64,000 nucleotides of DNA from an uncultured Verrucomicrobiae bacterium (GCA_963788655.1 CAWBHS010000011.1:32001-96000), one strand, 5' to 3'; shown: positions 49,421 through 60,155, numbered from the stretch's first letter. Numbers and translations: made by a program. Notes: a model not told the origin generated them from the letters alone.

Positions 49421-49504
49421 CAATCACAGGACGGTCAGTGGTTGAAAAGTTAGGATGGCGGAGAACTTGTGCCAGTTGAGCAATTCTCAACCTGTGAATT
49501 CAGA

Positions 49505-49680
49505 CTGGTAGGGCGAGACTCCGTCGAGCCCTGATTTCTCCTCAGTGCATTCAACAACCACGTGGTGAAGAAAGGGAAACCAGTGACGGTCGAAGCGCCG
49601 CAGGATTTCCGCGGTTTCGGATTATGGCATTTGGAAACGATGCGGAAAAATCAGGGCGCGACGGAGTCTCGCCCTACCAG
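49505..49680. repeat. REPIN, GTAGGGCGAG family
   Basis: CTGGTAGGGCGAGACTCCGTCGAGCCCTGATTT and inverted copy ending at 49680, one mismatch over 33 nt. Confidence 0.88.
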
Positions 49681-49850
49681 GAGGTTGGTAACGCTCGCGC
49701 AAGCAACGCCCGCCACAGGCTGGACACAGTTCCGGCGAGCCGATACTCTCCGCTCATGCATTACCTCCCGCGACGTCTTCATTTTTTCCGGTGCGAATGT
49801 TTCCTCCCCTTGGCTGTGGATGACCAATCCTTCCTACACGTTCGCCCAGC

Positions 49851-51077
49851 ATGAAATCCGGAGCTTCGACTTCGCCCCGGCAACTGGGATTGGTCAGCGC
49901 GGCGGCGCTGGTGGTGGCCAGCATGATCGGCACCGGCGTATTCACCACCAGCGGGTTTGCCTTGGCGGATCTCAAGTCACCCTGGATCGTGCTGGCGGTG
50001 TGGGTCGTGGGAGGCATCATGGCATCCCTGGGAGCGCTGTGTTATGGCGCCCTGGCGCGACGCATTCCCGAATCAGGTGGCGAATACATTTTTCTTTCAC
50101 GCACGTTGCATCCGCTGGCCGGACATCTGGCGGGATGGGTTTCCTTGCTGGTTGGTTTTTCCGCGCCGCTGGCGGCCGCCGCGATTGGCTTTGGTGAATA
50201 TACGAAACTTTGGCTGCCGGGCTGGCCTCCGCAGTTGATTGGGACGCTCTTGATCCTGGTGTTTACGACGATCCATGCGCTTCATATCCAGCGGGGTGCC
50301 TGGCTGCAGAATGCGGCCGTGATTTTGAAGGTGGCACTCATTGTTGGTTTTGCCGGACTGGCTTTTGCCCGCTTGAATCCACCGGCGACGGAAGCATCGC
50401 CTGCTGTTTCCGCTACTACATTTGCCATGTCGCTGGTCTGGATTTCCTTCAGCTACTCCGGTTGGAATGCCGCGGTGTATATCGGTGGCGAAGTCCATAA
50501 TCCCGAGCGCAATTTGCCCCGCGCCTTGTTGCTGGGTACCGGCCTGGTGACGTTGCTCTACCTTGCGTTGAATGCCATCTTCGTCTTTTCTGCGCCCGTC
50601 GAGCAATTGGCCGGCAAATTGGAAATCGGCCAGATCGCCGCCGCCTCGCTGGGTGGTCCCGGCTGGGCCCATGCCGTCACGGCGGTGGTGGCGTTGGCGC
50701 TGATCACTTCGGTGTCCTCGATGGTGATGGCCGGGCCGCGGGTGTATGCCCGGATGGCGGCCGATGGGTATCTGCCCGGCTGGCTTTCGATGGGTGACGG
50801 CCCGCCGCGTGCCTCCATCATTTTCCAATCCGTGATCGCCCTGATCATGCTCTGGACTGCAACGTACCAGACGTTGCTGACGTTCATTGGATTTACGCTC
50901 AGTTTGAGCACGGCGGCCGCGGTGATTGGTCTGGTCCGGCTGCGTTTGCGGGAAGGAAAACAGTTGCCAGTTCCGGGTTGGCCGTGGGTGCCGGGGCTCT
51001 TCCTGTTGGGCGTGCTGTTAATGGCGGCGCTGGCCGTTGTCCAAATCTCGCTGCCGGCCTGGAGGAAGCTTTTCTAG
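49851..51077 (+). CDS. APC family amino acid permease
   Basis: MIGTGVFTT, PESGGEY, FSYSGWN, EVHNPERNLPR; many TM helices. Confidence 0.9.
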   Translation: MKSGASTSPRQLGLVSAAALVVASMIGTGVFTTSGFALADLKSPWIVLAVWVVGGIMASLGALCYGALARRIPESGGEYIFLSRTLHPLAGHLAGWVSLLVGFSAPLAAAAIGFGEYTKLWLPGWPPQLIGTLLILVFTTIHALHIQRGAWLQNAAVILKVALIVGFAGLAFARLNPPATEASPAVSATTFAMSLVWISFSYSGWNAAVYIGGEVHNPERNLPRALLLGTGLVTLLYLALNAIFVFSAPVEQLAGKLEIGQIAAASLGGPGWAHAVTAVVALALITSVSSMVMAGPRVYARMAADGYLPGWLSMGDGPPRASIIFQSVIALIMLWTATYQTLLTFIGFTLSLSTAAAVIGLVRLRLREGKQLPVPGWPWVPGLFLLGVLLMAALAVVQISLPAWRKLF

Positions 51078-51301
51078 CCGCGGGCTGGTTGAGCCCGGTG
51101 AGCCGGCAAGTCGATGAATTTGGCCCGTTCCCGACTGCACAATCGATGAGAATATGTTTGTTAGCCCGATTGGTGCGGATGCTTGGCGCGGGCAGCTTCC
51201 GTCCGCTCTGCAAAAGCCTGCCAGCTTATCGTTCCTTGCTGAGGCGGCGGGTGTTTGGCTACACTCGAACCACTCGCTGAACAAAGAACGATGATACAAC
51301 C

Positions 51302-53234
51302 ATGAAACCTAATTTGTTGAGACATGTCCTGGCCTTCGCCTTGGTCGCGCTGGGCAGCGCGCCCGCCGCAGAAGCCTTTACCCCGGTGAAGATCATCCTC
51401 GATGTGGACTTGGCGGAAGACGTGGATGACGCTGGCGCGCTGGCCACGCTGCACGCGTTGGCCAACTGCGGCGAGGCGGAAATACTCGGGATCATGGTCT
51501 CCTCGAAAAACGAGTGGGTGGCCCCGTGCTTGGATGCCATCAACACCTGGTATGGCCGGCCCGACCTGCCGATCGGCTACCAGCGCGGCCACCAATACGG
51601 CTACCGCAATCCCAACGATCCGGATCGCGAGACGTCCTCCAAATATGCTGAGAAGGTGGCCAGGACTTTTCCGCACGATCTCAAGCGGAGCAGCGATGCG
51701 CCGGACGCAGCCCTTCTGTGTCGTAAGCTCCTTGCTACGCAGCCCGATCAAAGTGTCACCATCGTCACCGTCGGCTTTCTCACCAACTTACGGAACCTCC
51801 TCGACTCACGTCCTGACGATTACAGCCCACTTGATGGCGAAGCCCTCGTAAAACAGAAGGTGAAGCAATGGGTTTGTATGGGTGGCATTTTTCCCAGCGG
51901 CCGGTTCCCCAACGGTCAGGGCGAGTACAATCTCATGTGGGACACCGTCGCGTCGGTGCGCGCCATCAATGACTGGCCCACGCCGGTAGTCTTTAGCGGC
52001 TTCGCCATTGGCGCCGCCATCAAGGTGGGAGCGCGCCTGCGCGAAACGCCGGAGGCCAATCCCGTGCGCGCCTGTTATCAGCTTTACAACGGTCTGAACA
52101 ATCGTGAAGCCTGGGACCTGACGGCGGTGCTCTATGCGGTGCGCGGTGCGAGCAACTACTGGAAGCTTTCCGAGCCTGGCCTTTGCCTGATGCACGCCCG
52201 GGTTCCGCACGGCTACAACGAATGGATTCCCACGCCGCACAAGCAGCATCGTTATCTGCTGGAGGCCATGCCCCCGAAGGAGGTCGGCAACATTATTGAA
52301 GACCTCATGATCGCGCCGCCGCACTCCGGCAATCCGATTCTCCAAGGGTGGTATGCTGATCCAGAGGTGGTGGTGTTCGGCGATCGTTACTGGATTTATC
52401 CGACCTACTCGGCTCCGTCCAGATCAACAGGTGTTCTTCGATGCCTTTTCCTCCCCGGATCTCGTGCATTGGACCAAGCATCCGCGAATTCTCGACACGA
52501 ACGAAGTGCGGTGGGCCCGGCGCGCGCTTTGGGCGCCCGCGGCGGTCGAGCGCACGGGGAAATACTATCTGTTCTTCGGAGCCAACGACGTGCATCAAGG
52601 TGAGATCGGTGGCATCGGGGTGGCCGTGGCCGATCGGCCCGAAGGACCGTTCAAAGACCTGCTGGGCAAGCCGCTGGTTGGCGACATTGTCAACGGCGCC
52701 CAACCCATCGACCAATTCGTGTTCCGCGATCAAGACGGTCAGGATTATCTGATTTACGGCGGCTGGTCGCACTGCAACATCGCGCGGCTCAAACCTGACT
52801 TCACCGGACTGCTGCCGTTCCCGGATGGTTCCGTTTTTAAAGAGATTACTCCCGATCGGTACGTCGAAGGGCCCTGGATGTTCCTTCGCGGCGACAAGTA
52901 TTATTTCATGTGGTCCGAAGGCGGATGGACTGGACCGAATTATTCTGTCGCCTACGCCATTGGGGATTCACCTCTTGGCCCGTTCCAGCGCATTGGCAAA
53001 ATCCTTCAGCAGGATCGCTCGGTGGCCACCGGCGCCGGCCATCATTCCGTGCTGCACGTGCCCCGTTCTGACGACTGGTACATCGTCTACCACCGCCGTC
53101 CGCTATCGGAAAGGGATGCGAACCACCGGGTAACCTGCATTGATCGCATGGAATTCGATGAGCAGGGCCGCATCAAGCCGGTTCAGATCACGCGTGAAGG
53201 GGTGGAGCGCCGACCCTTGCCGGCGGTTCCCTGA
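51302..53234 (+). CDS. Secreted fusion of nucleoside hydrolase-like domain and GH43 glycoside hydrolase; +1 frameshift near 52419
   Basis: ILDVDLAEDVDDAGA, VGFLTNL, MGG, AWDL; then NPILQGWYADP..YWIYPTYS in the same frame, continuing as QVFFDAFSS, WAP, IDQFVF, EGP, GHHS in the next frame. Confidence 0.82.
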
Positions 53235-53264
53235 AGACTAACCACTTTCCAGGTTGAACGTCGG

Positions 53265-54995
53265 TCAAACCGACATTCGCTTGCGCAGATCGGCATAAAA
53301 GATCCGGGCGCGCTGCAATCGTTCGCGCACACCTTTGGCCCGGTCGTCGTTGTGGTTGGCCAATTCGGCTTCGATCTTCGCGATGCCGGCAAGTTGCTTG
53401 TCAATGATGCGCGGCCCGAGCTTCGCATTCCACGTTGGCTGGGCCTTCACCACCACATAAACCGGCGTGGTGTGGGCCAGCGCGCCATTATCGCAAACAA
53501 CCCCGGCCATGAGCCACTGACTGTCCTCGATGACGTGTTCGAGTTCGATCGCCAGTTCGCTTTGGCCTTGAGCGCTCTTGACTTCTTTCACCACCCCCGC
53601 AGCGCTTTCAACCCGCAGTGCGGTGGGTAGGCCGACGCGAGCATGTCCGCGGGCGCGGGCGCGAATTTTCAAACGCGCACCTGCGGTTCGAGTCAACTCG
53701 GTGCCCGGCAATTCATCATCCACGGTGAACTCGAGCGCCGGCCCGTTGCTCACGAACGTATGACCGGCTTTGAGATTCCGAAACCAGGCGTCCACGTCAA
53801 ACGTCGGCCCGGTATGCACATAAGTTCGCACCTCGCCAATTGTCGAACCCCAGGGCGTGTCACTGCCGGCCGCGGCGGTCAGCCGGAAGCCCAGGTTCAG
53901 GTAGTCGATGTAATCCAACCGGTTGAGCAGGCCGAACTGCAGCAGTTCAACGAAGTCAAGCTCACCCGTGGTTACGTACCAGGGGAAACCGCGGGGGAGG
54001 TCGCATCCGTTCCAGGCGAAGTGTGCGAATCCGACCAACGCGTCTTTTTGAGCGTGGATGCCGCGAAAGGTGACGTCATAAAAATCGTACGTCGTGGTGT
54101 CGCGCACCATGGATTGGAGATTCAATCCAATGATATGACCGAACGTGCTGCGGGGATCCTCCTGGCCGGCGACCAGGGCGAAGTTGCCTCGCTGCACCCG
54201 GAAGGGCTGGCCAAATCCGGCCTGTTTGAAGGCCGTGCCCGTGTGATCGCCCATCTCCAAAAGGTTGACCAGATGCACGTCTTCGGCCACCGCGTACTGA
54301 ATCAGGAACTCGCGCTGGGCCGGATCGACCGAGGGGTGATGGACATGCACGTCTCCCGACCACCAACCCTGGGCCGGGAGATCAATCCACCGGCGAAGCG
54401 GCAGCGTTTTCTTCACCTCGCCCCGACCGTTTACTTCGAACTCGTCAGCCACCGGGACGTATTCCATTCCATGACTGGCCCGGATTCGCCATTGGCCCGC
54501 CGGCAGATCGATGAGGAAGTGGCCCGAGGTTTGATAGATGACCGGCTCAGGCCAATACGGGATGGAAGGCCGCTTTTCATACACGTAGCTGCGGTCGTTG
54601 TTGTCGCCCGTGCCCTGCATTTTGCGCACCGGCCCAATCCAGTTTGGGTCGGAATTGAATTTCACGCCGGAAATAAACTCCTGGACGGTGGAAGGACGAG
54701 TGGCGATCCGGCCATCGGGAGGCAGGCGGACTTCACCGGAGTTGGCGTTCGTGATGCACACCATGGCGGGCGTGGGCTGGCCGGTTTGTGTATCCTCGAG
54801 CCGAAAGCGGACGCGGGTGGTGTTCGCGGGCCGGACCCTGGACTCGTCCGCGAGGGCTGCGCCGCACGCGGCAATAAAGGATGGACCGGTGAGGATAACC
54901 CCGGCGCCGGCCAGGAAGCGCCGGCGGGTGAGGGTGGCATTGTTCACGATGGGCCGGTTCAACTCGATCCGCCGATAGTTAGGTTGGTTCTTCAT
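53265..54995 (-). CDS. Tat-signal PHP-like metallohydrolase (CehA/McbA-like)
   Basis: TRRRFL, GWWSGDVHVH, FGHI, GFAH, AAAGSD, RTYV, TFVSNGP, AHTTPVY. Confidence 0.82.
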   Translation of the reverse strand: MKNQPNYRRIELNRPIVNNATLTRRRFLAGAGVILTGPSFIAACGAALADESRVRPANTTRVRFRLEDTQTGQPTPAMVCITNANSGEVRLPPDGRIATRPSTVQEFISGVKFNSDPNWIGPVRKMQGTGDNNDRSYVYEKRPSIPYWPEPVIYQTSGHFLIDLPAGQWRIRASHGMEYVPVADEFEVNGRGEVKKTLPLRRWIDLPAQGWWSGDVHVHHPSVDPAQREFLIQYAVAEDVHLVNLLEMGDHTGTAFKQAGFGQPFRVQRGNFALVAGQEDPRSTFGHIIGLNLQSMVRDTTTYDFYDVTFRGIHAQKDALVGFAHFAWNGCDLPRGFPWYVTTGELDFVELLQFGLLNRLDYIDYLNLGFRLTAAAGSDTPWGSTIGEVRTYVHTGPTFDVDAWFRNLKAGHTFVSNGPALEFTVDDELPGTELTRTAGARLKIRARARGHARVGLPTALRVESAAGVVKEVKSAQGQSELAIELEHVIEDSQWLMAGVVCDNGALAHTTPVYVVVKAQPTWNAKLGPRIIDKQLAGIAKIEAELANHNDDRAKGVRERLQRARIFYADLRKRMSV

Positions 54996-55242
54996 TTTGT
55001 TTCCGCGCTGATTTGCTCTGCCAACACCAGATATTCTGCCCGGAGTACGTTTGCGAACGTACGCTGCACTGTGGAGCCGCTCGAATTGATCGCCGCCCGA
55101 GGCCGCGTTCAGTGAGCCGGGATCCATTCACCGGGCATTGACGGGAGATTAATTGCGGCGATTCCCGGACTCAACTCCGAATGCAAGATGCCGCCGGGGT
55201 CTCCGATAGTATTGGAGCCGCATCCGCATCAATTCAGTTGGA

Positions 55243-55388
55243 GTAGCTGCGTTCGTGAGAACGCGGCTAACTGAGCGCGGTGAAAGCTGCTCCAGGCAAT
55301 CCGGTCACTTTCCAGTGACCAATGGGACGCTGCCGTTCGGGCGGTGGTTCTCTTTAAAGTCAGCCGCGTTCTCACGAACGCAGCCTCC
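55243..55388. repeat. REPIN, GTAGCTGCG family
   Basis: GCTGCGTTCGTGAGAACGCGGCT (55246-55268) with a perfect 23-nt inverted copy at 55362-55384. Confidence 0.85.
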
Positions 55389-55415
55389 GTCATTGCATCC
55401 ACGGCCTGGGCTTTA

Positions 55416-55733
55416 TCAGCGATTATCGTCCACGCCGTAATATCGCGTGAGCAAAACCCGCAACTGCTCGCGGTTGACCAGGAAAAAACGGACCGAACGC
55501 CGCAGGATCGATTGCAGTTGCGCCATGACTTCCGGCGGCGTGTCTTTGGCCACAGCGATCCAGAGCGTGGCGCCGTGCAAGCCGACGGGCATCGCTTCGA
55601 AGCGCCGCGCCACCGTGCCGGGCAGGCATTGCAGCAGGCCGGTCGTGATTTCGAATTCCGACAAGTCCGCTTCCGTGGGCTTGGGGTCGATTCGAACGGT
55701 GCCGGCCAAAGGCTTCTGCGGCTTAAACTTCAT
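55416..55733 (-). CDS. Stand-alone GspE/PilB N-terminal (T2SSE_N/MshEN-type) domain protein
   Basis: DLSEFEI..LLQCLPGTVARRFEAMPV..LWIAVA..L..ILRRSVRF....QL..LLTRYYG. Confidence 0.7.
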   Translation of the reverse strand: MKFKPQKPLAGTVRIDPKPTEADLSEFEITTGLLQCLPGTVARRFEAMPVGLHGATLWIAVAKDTPPEVMAQLQSILRRSVRFFLVNREQLRVLLTRYYGVDDNR

Positions 55734-55858
55734 TGCGGATAGCTCAAGCTACCTAACGCCACCCTGGGAAGACAAGTTTCAATGGGTTGCAGACCCAATT
55801 TTGGGCTTCCCACGCGCATCAGTTTGCCGCAACTTCAAAGCCATCAATTTGATTAACT

Positions 55859-57491
55859 ATGAAGAAGCCGACAACTTTGAAACCGCGTCACGTTTATTTA
55901 ATGTCCAACGGCGACCTGCGCCTTTCCGCCAATCAGGTGTGCTGGGCGGAGCAAGCCAAGATGGAAGCACTGTTGACCCAAGCCCTCAAAGCCGAGGGCT
56001 GGACAGTTGTTCGCGCCCATTCGTACCGATAAAAAGAAAAAGCACGGTTTCATCGATTCGCAGAAAATGGGCATGGCGGTTTTTCGCACGCTCGATCCGG
56101 ACGCGCCGTTGATCGTGGCCGAAAGCGTGTGGCAATACAGCCATCACCTGCTGCACGGTTTGTTCACGCATCGTGGGCCGATTCTCACCGTGGCCAATTG
56201 GAGCGGTACTTGGCCGGGTTTGGTGGGCATGTTGAACTTGAACGGTTCGATGACCAAGGCCGGCATTCGCTACAGCACGCTGTGGAGCGAAAAGTTCACT
56301 GATCCCTATTTCAAGAACGGACTGCGCCAGTGGCTCACCACCGGGACGGTCACCCACGATCAGAGCCATGTGAAGGATTTAGCGCTGCTCAAACTGCCGG
56401 CCGCGGATGAAGCCCTGGGCCGGGAGGCCGGCCAGGAACTCAAACAGCAGAAAGCCATCATGGGCGTGTTCGATGAAGGATGCATGGGCATGTTCAACGC
56501 CATTATTCCCGATGAACTGCTGCACCCAACGGGCGTGTTTAAGGAACGCCTGAGCCAGTCCAGCCTGTATGCGGCCATGCAACAGGTCACGGACGCCGAG
56601 GCGCGCGACGCGTTGAATTGGTTGCTCAAAAAGGGCATGACGTTCAAGTGGGGTGCCGAGGAAGAAACCGAGTTGACGGAAAAGCAGACCCTCCAGCAGT
56701 GCAAAATGTACATCGCTGCGTTGCGGATCGCCGATGACTTTGGCTGTTCGACCATTGGGATTCAATACCAGCAAGGACTCAAGGATCTCGCTCCGGCGAG
56801 TGATCTGGCCGAAGGACTGTTGAACAATGTCGATCGGCCGCCGGTGAAAGCGGCGAAGTCGGCGCGGGGGTTGTTCGCGGGCGAGGCGCTGCCGCATTTC
56901 AACGAAGTGGACGAGTGCGCCGGGCTGGACGGATTGGTGACATATCGACTTTGGCGCAAGCTTGGGTTTGCGCCTGAAAACACGCTGCACGACTTGCGCT
57001 GGGGTCAGGCGTATCGCGGCAACGGAGTGAATGACTACGTTTGGGTGTTCTTGATTTCAGGTGCCGCGCCGCCGACGCACCATGTCGGTGGTTATAAAGG
57101 CACGAGCAGCGAGCGACAGCCGCCAATGTACTTCCGCTTGGGCGGTGGCTCGGTGAAAGGCGTTGCCAAGCCCGGTTGGATCGTTTGGAGCCGGGTATTC
57201 ACCATGGACGGCAAATTGCACTGCGACTTGGGCGTGGGCGAAGTCGTGAAATTGCCGCCGAAGGAAACTGAACGCCGTTGGCGCGAAACCACGCCACAAT
57301 GGCCGATCATGCACGCCGTGTTACAAAACATTAGTCGTGACCAGATGATGGCCCGGCACAAGTCCAATCACATTCAGGTGGTCTATGCCCCCAACGAAAA
57401 GCAGGCCCACCGCGCCTGCCGGATCAAGGCCGCGATGATGGCGGAACTGGGCCTCGAGGTGCATTTGTGCGGGAAGGTGGAACTGCAATAA
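55859..57491 (+). CDS. L-fucose/L-arabinose isomerase-like protein; +1 frameshift at 56027
   Basis: [27 protein letters not shown] joins [38 protein letters not shown]. Confidence 0.78.
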
Positions 57492-57685
57492 ACTGCATAA
57501 ATTCAAAAGATGGTAGCGGCGGAATTGCCGTTCCGCCCCGCGCCTGAAGTGTATTCGCGCAAGCCGAACGTTAGCGAGCGGTTACCGAACAGCGAACGAA
57601 GAGCACCGGCGTTCGCGGCCCATAATTTCCTGAAGCCCCAGGGGGGGCGCAGCATCACCGCCCTGCCTCGGTTGAACAGGTTTGG

Positions 57686-58140
57686 TTAAATCTGATCCTC
57701 CGTCGAAATCCTGGCCAGATCGGCTGCATCTTGCGCACGGGCCGCAGCTTGTTTGTTGCGAATGAGCAGTTCCTTGCTGATAACCGGCACGGGCAGATCG
57801 TCGATAATGGCTTCGACCTTGCTGGCCCAGGCTTCGACAAACTCGACGCCATCGATGGAAGTCAGCAAGTCAATGCGATAGGGGGACGGCCCAATTGAAC
57901 CACGATGCCCGCTTCCAGAAAATCCGACCCTTTAAGTCCGAGACTGCCAAAGCCGAATTGGTTCAAAACGTTGGTGAGCTTGGCGGCATTGTCGGGTGAG
58001 CGTTCGACAAAGAAATCGATGTCACCCGTAAAACGGGGATAGCCGTGGTAAGCGACGGCATGTCCTCCAACGAGGACGCACTTAACTCCCGTGGAGTTTA
58101 GCAATGCGATAAACTCGCGCAAATCCTTGCTCAGCTTCAT
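57686..58140 (-). CDS. Nucleotidyltransferase-fold protein; one-base deletion in a C-run near 57883
   Basis: LVGGHAVAYHGYPRFTGDIDFFV; restoring one C gives RPPYRIDLLTSIDGV..LIRNKQAAARAQDAADL. Confidence 0.8.
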
Positions 58141-58270
58141 CAGTCTGCCCCTGCTTCAACAATTCAAAGAAGATTTCCATTCGCTGCTCGGGCGTCAGGG
58201 AAAGGTAATAGTCCTTTTCCGATTGCTCAGCTTCGGCATGCGAACGGAACTTTTGAACCACGATTTCCAC
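58082..58270 (-). CDS. Small hypothetical protein, putative partner (antitoxin-like) of the nucleotidyltransferase
   Basis: 62 aa VEIVVQKFRSHAEAEQSEKDYYLSLTPEQRMEIFFELL..FARVYRIAKL; overlaps the downstream start. Confidence 0.6.
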   Translation of the reverse strand: MEIVVQKFRSHAEAEQSEKDYYLSLTPEQRMEIFFELLKQGQTDEAEQGFARVYRIAKLHGS

Positions 58271-58381
58271 ACACTCAGCATACCGATCACGGATGGGCTT
58301 CGCCAGTCCTATCGCCAGTTTGTTTGCTTGGCTTGCTGGCACCGTTGCGCTTCAATCGTGCCGCAAACACCAGTATTGATC

Positions 58382-59995
58382 ATGCCTGAAACCACTTTGC
58401 TGAACGCGAAACCGCCGCGACGGATTCATGCCGTGGCCGAAGATCTGGGCTTGAACCCGGACACCATCCTCCCGCACGGCCATTACATCGCCAAGATTCC
58501 CATCGAGGAACTGACCGCGCGCCAGGATCAACCCGATGGCCGGTTGATCCTCGTGACGGCCATGAGCCCAACCCCGCAAGGGGAGGGTAAAACCACGACG
58601 ACGATTGGCTTGGCGGATGCCTTGCGTCACTTGGGCAAGCGCACCATGTTCTGCGTGCGCGAACCGTCGTTGGGCCCCTACTTCGGCATCAAAGGCGGCG
58701 GCACCGGCGCCGGCAAAGCCCAGGTCGTACCCGCCGAAGACATCAACCTTCATTTCGTGGGTGACATGTATGCCGTGACCAAGGCCAACAATTTGCTGGC
58801 GGCTTTGGTGGACAATCATCTGCAACACGGCAACGAACTGGGCATCGATCCTCGGCGAATCAAATTGCGGCGGGTGATCGATCTGAATGATCGCGCCTTG
58901 CGGGACATCATCATCGGACTGGGCGGCGTCAAACACGGCGTGCCCCGTCCGGATGGATTCAACATCACGCCGGCTTCCGAAGTGATGGCGATCTTGTGCC
59001 TGGCGCGGGATTATGTGGATCTCGGGAAACGAATGAGCAACATGGTGGCCGCGTTCACTTACAAGGGCGAACCGATCCATGCGCGCGACGTCGAAGCCGC
59101 CGGGGCCATGCAGGTCTTGATGCGCGATGCCATTCACCCGAACCTGGTGCAATCGCTGGAAGGCACGCCCGCATTCGTTCATGGCGGACCGTTTGCAAAC
59201 ATTGCGCAGGGTACCAACACGGCGGTTTCCACCCGTTTGGCGTTGAAGCTGGCGGATTACGTCGTCACCGAAGCCGGCTTTGCCACGGACCTGGGCGCGG
59301 AGAAGTTCTTCCACATCAAGTGCCGTTCGGCGGGCCTCAAGCCAGCGGCGGCAGTCATTGTGGCGACGGCCAAAGCGGTGGCGTACCACGGAGGATTCAC
59401 TGCTCGTGGTGGTTTCGGGAACTTGGCCAAGCATATCGAAAACGTCCGGGCGTTCGGCATCGAACCCGTGGTGGCGTTGAACCATTTTGCGGAGGACAAT
59501 CCGGCGGACTTGAAGCGGATTATCCGGTTCTGCGCCCGCCAAAAGGTTGAAGCTGTGTTGGCGGATCACTTCTTCCGCGGTGGGTTGGGAGCGGTGGACC
59601 TGGCGGAGGCGGTCTTGCGCGCCATCGAGAAGAATCGCCGGCGCAAGTTCCGGTTCCTGTATGCGCTTGACGATTCCCTCCAATGCAAGATCGGTATCCT
59701 GGCGCGGCAGTTGTACGGCGCGGAGGGCGTGGATTACAACCGCACTGCCGAAACCGATTTGGACTTATTGAGCCGACACGGTTACGACAAAATGCCGGTG
59801 TGTATCGCCAAGACGCCGTTGTCGCTATCGGACACGCCGGGCTTGCGGGGGCGGCCGAAGGGTTTTCGGATTACCGTCAACGAATTGCGTGTCGCCGCGG
59901 GTGCCGGATTTGTCGTGGCCATCTGCGGGAACATTGTCACGATGCCGGGCCTGCCCAAAGTGCCGGCCGCCAGTAAATTCAAGCTGGTGGAGTGA
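58382..59995 (+). CDS. fhs: Formate--tetrahydrofolate ligase
   Basis: PTPQGEGKTTT, REPSLGP, KGGGTGAG, HGGPFANIA, TEAGFATDLGAEKF, TMPGLP. Confidence 0.95.
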   Translation: MPETTLLNAKPPRRIHAVAEDLGLNPDTILPHGHYIAKIPIEELTARQDQPDGRLILVTAMSPTPQGEGKTTTTIGLADALRHLGKRTMFCVREPSLGPYFGIKGGGTGAGKAQVVPAEDINLHFVGDMYAVTKANNLLAALVDNHLQHGNELGIDPRRIKLRRVIDLNDRALRDIIIGLGGVKHGVPRPDGFNITPASEVMAILCLARDYVDLGKRMSNMVAAFTYKGEPIHARDVEAAGAMQVLMRDAIHPNLVQSLEGTPAFVHGGPFANIAQGTNTAVSTRLALKLADYVVTEAGFATDLGAEKFFHIKCRSAGLKPAAAVIVATAKAVAYHGGFTARGGFGNLAKHIENVRAFGIEPVVALNHFAEDNPADLKRIIRFCARQKVEAVLADHFFRGGLGAVDLAEAVLRAIEKNRRRKFRFLYALDDSLQCKIGILARQLYGAEGVDYNRTAETDLDLLSRHGYDKMPVCIAKTPLSLSDTPGLRGRPKGFRITVNELRVAAGAGFVVAICGNIVTMPGLPKVPAASKFKLVE

Positions 59996-60080
59996 GGCGC
60001 GTCGGCGGTGGGAATGGGTTGCCAAAGCATACCGATTTAGTTGCAAAAGGGAGCGCGCCCCCCCTGGGTGCCACCAACCT

Positions 60081-60155
60081 CGTAGCAGCGGAGGTGAGCC
60101 CGCTCACTCTTTTCACTTCGGAGAAAGTCAGAGCAGACTCACGTCTGCTGCTACG
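60081..60155. repeat. REPIN, GTAGCAGC family, between convergent genes
   Basis: CGTAGCAGCGGAGGTGAGCCCGCTC ... GAGCAGACTCACGTCTGCTGCTACG. Confidence 0.75.

Noticed and set aside
15733..58140. Mass pseudogenisation or programmed ribosomal frameshifting
   Set aside because: Each gene has only one single-base indel with both halves otherwise intact, there are no consistent slippery heptamers, and the contexts (GTAC, short runs) fit sequencing error
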